A DNA stretch of 64,000 nt, from IMG/VR virus record IMGVR_UViG_3300031695_000001; one strand, given 5' to 3'. Under the pieces are notes generated by a model that was not told the DNA's origin, made no database searches, and saw nothing but the letters and a program-made list of their open reading frames with translations. The position numbers and the translations under genes were made by a program. This stretch comes from a virus. Positions 58,145-64,000 of the stretch are shown here, piece by piece (position 1 is the stretch's first letter; each line of letters starts with the position of its first letter).

Positions 58145-59098
58145 TTAGTTTTCGACATACTTAATACGTGCCGCGCCGTTACCGCCTCGGTGTCCACTAT
58201 CTCTAACTCCTGGACACGGTATGGCTGCTGGGCCGCCTGCACCGTAAGGAACATACTGGGTACAACCGTTCATCTGGTAGCAACCACATGATCTGTTACC
58301 CATCCAACACGAACCGTGATACACGCCCTTGTCTGGATTTTTGCTCATTGCATTGAGTGCATTTACATACTGGTGAATTCCTTGTCCTGACCAGTTAGAG
58401 TAAGGATTGTCTGTTTCGATAGCGTATGTTACAGTTCCGCCTTCTTTAGAAAACATGTTTGCTGGTAGTGCCGCATGGTAATAGAACATACATAAACAAG
58501 TGACATAACAGCCTAAGAAACTTGCACAACTAATACGTCCACAGCAATTAACATCGCCGTTGTACGCACACGCAATGTGTCCGCCATCGTACATACATAC
58601 TAGACCGCAGTTTGGACCTGTGTTTGTCGCGCAATATCCGTTAGCACGTAAGCAACAATACAGTGATGGTGTTGTTGAGCAAAAAGAAGTTCCGCTTCTG
58701 CCGCCTTGCGCACACAAACAACCGTTTGTACTTGAGCTAAACCAACACATTGCTGAGTTTGAACTACATCCTCTGTTACAAAGACCGTCTGCATTACCGC
58801 ACGATTTACCAAGACAGCCGCATGTATAATTTCCGCTTGTTACGTTGAATGATTTATTAGTATAAGCTCCTGCGTTGCCTGGTAAGCCTCCGCCACAGCA
58901 ACACATCTTGCTGCCACTACCGCCTGCTCCCCAAAGCTCTGCTAATACTGTTCCGTTTCCTGGAGCAATCCAACAATAACCGTTGCACAAGCAAGTATAC
59001 ATCTGCCCATTGTCAAACGACCATATTTTACCTTTTTCTAGGTTGACTTCAGCGGCACTGAAGTTCTTGCTACCTAGTAATGTCTTTAACGATGCCAT
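58145..59098 (-). CDS. Cys/Gly-rich virion protein, paralogue C
   Basis: ELWGAGGSG, MCCC, about 32 Cys in 317 aa, GGNGAARIKY end. Late box at 59118-59124, AAGGAG RBS. Confidence 0.75.
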   Translation of the reverse strand: MASLKTLLGSKNFSAAEVNLEKGKIWSFDNGQMYTCLCNGYCWIAPGNGTVLAELWGAGGSGSKMCCCGGGLPGNAGAYTNKSFNVTSGNYTCGCLGKSCGNADGLCNRGCSSNSAMCWFSSSTNGCLCAQGGRSGTSFCSTTPSLYCCLRANGYCATNTGPNCGLVCMYDGGHIACAYNGDVNCCGRISCASFLGCYVTCLCMFYYHAALPANMFSKEGGTVTYAIETDNPYSNWSGQGIHQYVNALNAMSKNPDKGVYHGSCWMGNRSCGCYQMNGCTQYVPYGAGGPAAIPCPGVRDSGHRGGNGAARIKYVEN

Positions 59099-59116
59099 GC
59101 ACGTATCTCCTTACAA

Positions 59117-59617
59117 TTATTTATCAAAGTTATGAATCACAGTGATTGGCTTACCTGCCGGGGGCGCCGATGAAAATCTAATATACCAACCTGCGGCTTT
59201 CCCAGCTGGGTTTTGAATTAGTGAATAGTTTGTTCCTGAAATTTGAAATACTGACTCAACTAACACTAGCACGTTTTGTGCGGCAGTCGGAACAGGACTA
59301 TCAATATCTCCATTAGCTAACGGACCAAAGTCTAGTTCACTTGCATCGCCTACGCCTAAATTCTGTTGTACAATATTTACAGGTTCTTGTCTTTTTAATC
59401 TTGCCCAAGTACCGTCTGCATAGGATTCATGGGCTTCGGTTTCTGTATTATATCTAATCATTCCATTAGCTGGAAATAGCGGTCGACTTGCAGTATTGCC
59501 CATTGGTACAACTACTGCTTGTTCACCACCTAGTTGAACAACTTGATTGATATCATACCTAATACCTTTAGCTTTGATATTTCGTACGCTAGTACTTTGT
59601 GCTTTGATTAATCTCAT
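59117..59617 (-). CDS. virion structural protein
   Basis: VPMGNTASRP...GMIRYNT domain shared with the giant fibres; VLVESVFQ...F..APP.GK (baseplate-wedge-like repeat). Confidence 0.6.
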   Translation of the reverse strand: MRLIKAQSTSVRNIKAKGIRYDINQVVQLGGEQAVVVPMGNTASRPLFPANGMIRYNTETEAHESYADGTWARLKRQEPVNIVQQNLGVGDASELDFGPLANGDIDSPVPTAAQNVLVLVESVFQISGTNYSLIQNPAGKAAGWYIRFSSAPPAGKPITVIHNFDK

Positions 59618-59620
59618 TTT

Positions 59621-59959
59621 TTACACTTCCAAGAAGCTTACTGTTGCGCTTAAATTAGTAGGTGATTGTGATATACATACAATCTTGTCACCTGCATCTA
59701 ATACAATTTTTTCACTATCAAACGTAAACGTTTCGCCTGCTGGTAATGTAAGATCGTTAATAACCATATTAACAGCGCCTTTAGCCGCGCCACTTGCTAT
59801 AAAGTGCATGTCAAACATTGTTTCACCATGCTCTAAGTGTAGCGGGTTAGTTGCGTCAGTGTTACATACCATTATTGTTAGCACTGCATATTGTTTTCCT
59901 GCTGGAACTAACAATATGTTTGTGTCTGTACTTGCTATTAGTGTGCTTGCTATTGCCAT
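59621..59959 (-). CDS. small virion adaptor-like protein
   Basis: 112 aa; AVLTIMVCN, EKIVL..GD, SFLEV. Confidence 0.6.
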   Translation of the reverse strand: MAIASTLIASTDTNILLVPAGKQYAVLTIMVCNTDATNPLHLEHGETMFDMHFIASGAAKGAVNMVINDLTLPAGETFTFDSEKIVLDAGDKIVCISQSPTNLSATVSFLEV

Positions 59960-59971
59960 TATGTTTCCTTT

Positions 59972-60931
59972 TTAAAACAACATGCTCAACAAAAGAGCAT
60001 TCTGTCTACTTATTATTTCGCCTGATTTTGAAGCACTGTGTTTGAAAAACAATCCAGTACCTCCTGCCGCAGGTGCTTTTACGTATACTTTAAGTCCGTC
60101 AAGTGGACTAGCTGGATCTGATCCTTGCAGTGTTAATGTAAAGTTGTCGTTAACTATAACTCCACCAGTTCCTTGTGATTCTAAAATTAAATCAGTATCT
60201 GACGCAGTAGTTGATAAAATATTATCTTGGAATCTAAAATCTTCAAATTCAACTCTGTTTCCAAAAATTTGTCCCTTGTTAGTATTATCTATCTGGAAGC
60301 TAACTACACTAGGTGCACCACTTACTTCTGTATCTCTAACTTCTACAAACGACTTACTTGCCGAGCCTTCCTCAATTCTTCTTTGAAAAGTACTTGTAAG
60401 TTGTGTTACAATAGTATCATCGACATATTTCTTGTTTGGAATATCATCGTCGTCGGTAATTTGTGTTTCGTAGTTGTTTGTACCAGTAACACTAATAACA
60501 CCTGTGCCGGAGTTAATAAGATATAAATCTCCTCCGCCTGTTGATACACTATTAATACGCAAGCCTTGTAGTGTACCTGACGCATTAACTAATGTAAAGC
60601 CGCCAGTTATAGTTGTAGCACTAATTGGATCAGCCCAAGTAATAGTTTCATCAAACACAATCTTTGCATCAGAGTAACTACCCCTGTCTATCTGTATTCC
60701 TGATTGATTAAGTGTAATACCTGTACCTGATTCACCATCATTAAGTGTAATAATATTATCTTTTAAGTTCAGATCACTTGAACTAACTTGTGTGGTTCCT
60801 CCTAAGACTACTAAGTTTCCTGTGACAGTTGTAATACCAGAGTTTAAGCCAGTGTCTAGTGTAATGTTACCACCAGATTGTACTTTAACTTTATAGTCAC
60901 TATTTGGAAGAGCTAAAATTTTAGAAGACAT
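59972..60931 (-). CDS. virion structural / fibre-like protein
   Basis: GNLVVLG, DNIITLN, GIQIDRG, IPNKKYVD, DLILESQGTG motifs; hydrophobic C-terminus. Confidence 0.6.
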   Translation of the reverse strand: MSSKILALPNSDYKVKVQSGGNITLDTGLNSGITTVTGNLVVLGGTTQVSSSDLNLKDNIITLNDGESGTGITLNQSGIQIDRGSYSDAKIVFDETITWADPISATTITGGFTLVNASGTLQGLRINSVSTGGGDLYLINSGTGVISVTGTNNYETQITDDDDIPNKKYVDDTIVTQLTSTFQRRIEEGSASKSFVEVRDTEVSGAPSVVSFQIDNTNKGQIFGNRVEFEDFRFQDNILSTTASDTDLILESQGTGGVIVNDNFTLTLQGSDPASPLDGLKVYVKAPAAGGTGLFFKHSASKSGEIISRQNALLLSMLF

Positions 60932-60953
60932 ATATAATTCCTATTGCAGATAT

Positions 60954-60975
60954 ATGGGGGAAGTTACTCCCCCAT
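60954..60975 (-). terminator. GC-rich hairpin after 60983..61387
   Basis: ATGGGGGA-N6-TCCCCCAT inverted repeat. Confidence 0.6.
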
Positions 60976-60982
60976 TTTACTT

Positions 60983-61387
60983 TTACGATGTTATCGGTGT
61001 AACTCTCATAACTGATGTAGTTGAGTCGTTTTCAATAACCCAAGTATGTCGGTTGTTTGAATAGTCTCTAACTGATCTGTTGTAAAGTTTAGCAATTCTA
61101 ATTGTACCGCCTGCCGCATCTTGTGAGTTGATTGACATTTCATTAGCGCCTAAAGCACCGTCTACTTTGTCAACTAGTGTACAAATGCCTACATTACCTG
61201 TACCTGTGCCTCCGACTGAAGTTTTAGTACCGGTTTTTAAATCGTTAACTAAAAACTTGTTTACTGATCGTTGTGCAATAATAAATCCTACTGCTGATTC
61301 TCCATTACCAGCTACTTGACAGTTAATAGTAATGTTTGTACCATCGGCTAAAGCGCCAAAGTATCTTTTGTTTAGTGGACGTCCCAT
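60983..61387 (-). CDS. hypothetical virion protein downstream of MCP (possible capsid decoration)
   Basis: 134 aa, MGRPLNKRYFG start; own late box (61478-61484) and AGGAG RBS. Confidence 0.55.
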   Translation of the reverse strand: MGRPLNKRYFGALADGTNITINCQVAGNGESAVGFIIAQRSVNKFLVNDLKTGTKTSVGGTGTGNVGICTLVDKVDGALGANEMSINSQDAAGGTIRIAKLYNRSVRDYSNNRHTWVIENDSTTSVMRVTPITS

Positions 61388-61477
61388 TTTTTTCTCCTAA
61401 TAAGTTACGTTCTAAGTAATACGCAGTGGGTCAGTTCTGCATAAGTCTATATAGTATAGCACGATTTGTGACACAAG
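61388..61477 (-). ncRNA. candidate structured 5' leader
   Basis: Stems CUAUA/UAUAG, UAUGCAG-N10-CUGCGUA and UUAC/GUAA between the late box and the RBS. Confidence 0.35.
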
Positions 61478-61515
61478 TATTTATCATTAAAAGAAGCTAA
61501 CGGAAATTAAGTCAT

Positions 61516-61545
61516 AAAAAAACAGAGCCCGTAGGCCCTGTTTTT
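61516..61545 (-). terminator. intrinsic terminator after MCP (possibly bidirectional)
   Basis: AAAAACAGGGCC-UACG-GGCUCUGUUUUUUU: UNCG loop with A/U tracts on both sides. Confidence 0.88.
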
Positions 61546-61561
61546 ATTTTTAAAGCAAAGT

Positions 61562-62734
61562 TTAGCTAAAGCTAACGTTTGCAGATGTTATAGCAACATT
61601 CGCTAAGTAATCAGCGGCATTACCCAATGAAGATGCTGTGTTTGATAACTCAACATATCCATAACGAGTCATAAAGCTCACTACTGGTTCGAATGTAGAT
61701 GGATCCATTACAACACCACTTGACATCAACGGGATGTATGGGCAGTAAAATGCTGGAGCATCTGATTCACTATTACCTTTGTAACCAACAAGCGCCATAG
61801 CGTTATCGGCTGCGTAAGTATCTACATATACACGCATTGCATTGTTCAATGTACCAACAAACTTAGTGTTTGTAGGTGCTTCAAACGTGCCTTCCGTAGT
61901 ACGTGCAAAAGCACTTGTAGTAGCAGACTGTAGGATTGTTAGTGCAAAAGGACTAACAACACAATAGTTACCTGCGCCACGACGTGTACGCTGAGCAATC
62001 AAGTTAGCCGCTCTGTTGATCTGAACTGCCAATGCGGCATGCTCGTCACCAACGAAAGTTGCTGTACCTGAAACGGCTTGTTGGTTGTACGTTTGTACAG
62101 CCGTGCCACTCAATGAACGCAATGAAGCAATAACTTCCTGGTCAATCTCAGCAGTAATCTCTTGTGCAAGAGCTGCCATGATTTCAGCTTCGACATCAAT
62201 GCCGTGCTGTGCTTGTGCATCCTGAGCTGATTCAAAAGTCCAACGAGCACTTAACTTACGTGTTTTCGCTTCAACTGTTTGCTTCAAGATCTGAATGCTA
62301 AGTTTGTTACCAGCAGTACCTTCTGCTAAACTTGTTCCTTTTGCTTTACCAGCATCGGAACCAGCTTCGTCACCTGAATAACCAACAGCAATTTTGAATG
62401 GGCTTAAAGCCTCTTCGCCACTTGTTGCATCATCAGCTGTATCACTGTAACGTACTCTTAATGTGTGGATTTGTCCCACAGGACCGGTCATCGGTTGTAC
62501 ACCAACTAGCTCATTTGCTATTACTGTTGGCATAACACGTCTGATAACTGGTAAAATAACTCTGTTAAGAGTTGCGACATTACCGGCAGTAGTCGAACCA
62601 GCGGCTGATGTTTCAGACAAATACTTGCGAGTATTTTCTAAAGTTGCTGACATTACAGATTTTTTAGTTCCTGAAAGGCCTTCCATCAATGCTGTTTTCG
62701 TCTCTTGCCAGCGACTTTCTAGTAATTCTGACAT
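61562..62734 (-). CDS. gp23: major capsid protein (T4 gp23-like)
   Basis: LPVIRRVMP..IA.ELVGVQPMTGP.GQI, VEAKTRKLSARWT.E.AQD, EI.AEID.E, TRRGAGN, YCPYIPL, FMTRYG. Confidence 0.95.
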   Translation of the reverse strand: MSELLESRWQETKTALMEGLSGTKKSVMSATLENTRKYLSETSAAGSTTAGNVATLNRVILPVIRRVMPTVIANELVGVQPMTGPVGQIHTLRVRYSDTADDATSGEEALSPFKIAVGYSGDEAGSDAGKAKGTSLAEGTAGNKLSIQILKQTVEAKTRKLSARWTFESAQDAQAQHGIDVEAEIMAALAQEITAEIDQEVIASLRSLSGTAVQTYNQQAVSGTATFVGDEHAALAVQINRAANLIAQRTRRGAGNYCVVSPFALTILQSATTSAFARTTEGTFEAPTNTKFVGTLNNAMRVYVDTYAADNAMALVGYKGNSESDAPAFYCPYIPLMSSGVVMDPSTFEPVVSFMTRYGYVELSNTASSLGNAADYLANVAITSANVSFS

Positions 62735-62746
62735 AATTATATCTCC

Positions 62747-63841
62747 TTAATTTAATCCAGCTAAACGACGAATATCGATGACATTCTCGTCTTGCTTTTG
62801 TCTACTAACGTTAGTTTCTTGTTTGTTGCCTGTTATTGCTTTGCCTTCTGTTAGGTTCGCCTTCTTCTTCGCTGGACTATTACCCTCAATAACTGTTGGT
62901 AAATACTTGTTAAACGCTGACTTTAATTTCAGTGTTTGAACAGATTCCAGTAAGTCTGTCATTATTTCACGCTGTGCTACACTTAACGGTGCAACCAATT
63001 CGTTCATAACTTTTGCTCGTTGTACTGACTCATTAATCATTTTAATTTCAACAGTCTTTGCTTCTGCAAGTACTGTAGTCTTATCAACGATAGTCTTCGC
63101 TTCTGATAGTTGACGATTTTTAGTATCGATAACTTTCATTAACTTTGCTGTTTCACTCTTCTCATTCAAGTAGCTTCCTGCATACTCGGATGCGAATGAT
63201 TCAAACAGCTTACGACCGAAGTCATTCTGTCTTGCAATTTCAATATCTTCTTTAAGTGTAGTAATTTCTTTATTCAAGTTCTTACTTACTGTTTCAGATA
63301 CTAATTTTGCACTCTTTTCAATAAAGTTAGCTTTAACTTTCTTGAAGTGTGTCTTAGCTTCACGTACTAAACGTACTTTCGTTTCAGCTAGGTCTTGTTT
63401 ATCCTCGTAAAATTCGTGGATTTCTTTAGCAAGAGCGTCTACAATAAAACTTTCTAACTGTCCAAACTTGTTAGACATAGTTTTTTGTTCTTCGTGTAGT
63501 TCAGATACTTCTTTTCCTAACTGTTGCACTACAAAACCTTTTAATAGGTCTGCGTTTTCACGCATTGCTACACCGTATTTTGCTTTAGCTTCAGCTAGTT
63601 GTTTGCGGTCATCTGCAAACTCAGAAATTTCTGCTTGAAGTCGCTCACTAAGCATCGAATCAATGGACTCAACCATTTGACCCTTGTCATGCTCATATTT
63701 TTTAGCAAATTCTTCACGAAGTTCAGCAGTTACCTGCATCTTGTTCGCTTTAATTTTGCCTTCCCAAGCTTCTTCAATTTGCGCTCTGATATCTTCAGAA
63801 ACGACATCGTTTTCAAAGAGTGTTTTCAGTGCATCTATCAT
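62747..63841 (-). CDS. gp22: prohead core scaffold protein
   Basis: Coiled-coil, E/K-rich, located between protease and MCP. Start at ATG 63841 (AGGAG RBS). Confidence 0.8.
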   Translation of the reverse strand: MIDALKTLFENDVVSEDIRAQIEEAWEGKIKANKMQVTAELREEFAKKYEHDKGQMVESIDSMLSERLQAEISEFADDRKQLAEAKAKYGVAMRENADLLKGFVVQQLGKEVSELHEEQKTMSNKFGQLESFIVDALAKEIHEFYEDKQDLAETKVRLVREAKTHFKKVKANFIEKSAKLVSETVSKNLNKEITTLKEDIEIARQNDFGRKLFESFASEYAGSYLNEKSETAKLMKVIDTKNRQLSEAKTIVDKTTVLAEAKTVEIKMINESVQRAKVMNELVAPLSVAQREIMTDLLESVQTLKLKSAFNKYLPTVIEGNSPAKKKANLTEGKAITGNKQETNVSRQKQDENVIDIRRLAGLN

Positions 63842-63855
63842 ACTATTCTCCTGTT

Positions 63856-63999
63856 TCATTGGAGTTTGCTAATAATATTTATTAGCGATTCCTTAAGATA
63901 CTTTTGTGCCTTTGGGTCGTGTCTTGTTGCCTGTGCCAATTCATATGCCTGGTGCCCGCCTCGAGCATTCATTAAGTGTTCGTAAATTGCTGTCGGATA
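63856..63999 (-). CDS. gp21: prohead protease, C-terminal part (enters from the window edge)
   Basis: Manual translation YPTAIYEHLMNARGGHQAYELAQATRHDPKAQKYLKESLINIISKLQ*. Its position upstream of the scaffold and the YP..IYE motif match gp21-like C-termini. Confidence 0.65.
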   Translation of the reverse strand, partial: YPTAIYEHLMNARGGHQAYELAQATRHDPKAQKYLKESLINIISKLQ

Positions 64000-64000
64000 T

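Noticed and set aside
34498-59098. Diversity-generating retroelement acting on the paralogous fibre or Cys-rich genes
   Set aside because: No reverse transcriptase in the window. Differences between the similar segments I aligned are not adenine-specific, and I saw no non-coding template repeat.
1-64000. tRNA/rRNA genes, introns/inteins, or stop-codon reassignment
   Set aside because: Intergenic gaps are short and show no cloverleaf motifs. Core genes (gp18, gp23, gp15) are uninterrupted in the standard code, and TAA, TAG and TGA are all used as stops.

Overview
This 64-kb window is the virion-morphogenesis region of an AT-rich, T4-like (myovirus) large or jumbo phage. Most genes are on the minus strand. 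From right to left it holds: the prohead protease C-terminus, scaffold and major capsid protein; a ~40-kb block of giant, paralogous tail-fibre/baseplate-like proteins with small adaptor-like genes and three ~10%-cysteine Gly-rich paralogues; a GT9-like glycosyltransferase / SGNH / carbamoyltransferase operon; a plus-strand ADP-heptose pathway cluster (HldE, class I aldolase, HldD, cupin, GmhB, 2OG oxygenase; no GmhA); divergent neck genes gp13 and gp14-gp15; 2OG-Fe(II) oxygenases and dNMP kinase; tail sheath and tube; the gp4-like head-completion protein; and acidic head-associated proteins. Regulatory grammar is readable directly. There are about 19 T4-late-type (A/G/C)TAAATA boxes, two perfect TTGACA-N17-TATAAT promoters that appear to make leaderless mRNAs, several intrinsic hairpins and two long structured 5' leaders. 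The best candidate for an undescribed system is a phage-encoded heptose supply, transfer and tailoring pathway sitting beside Cys-rich tail proteins, whose GT9 has Arg where the canonical catalytic Asp lies. All family calls come from motif recognition by eye; no database searches were run.
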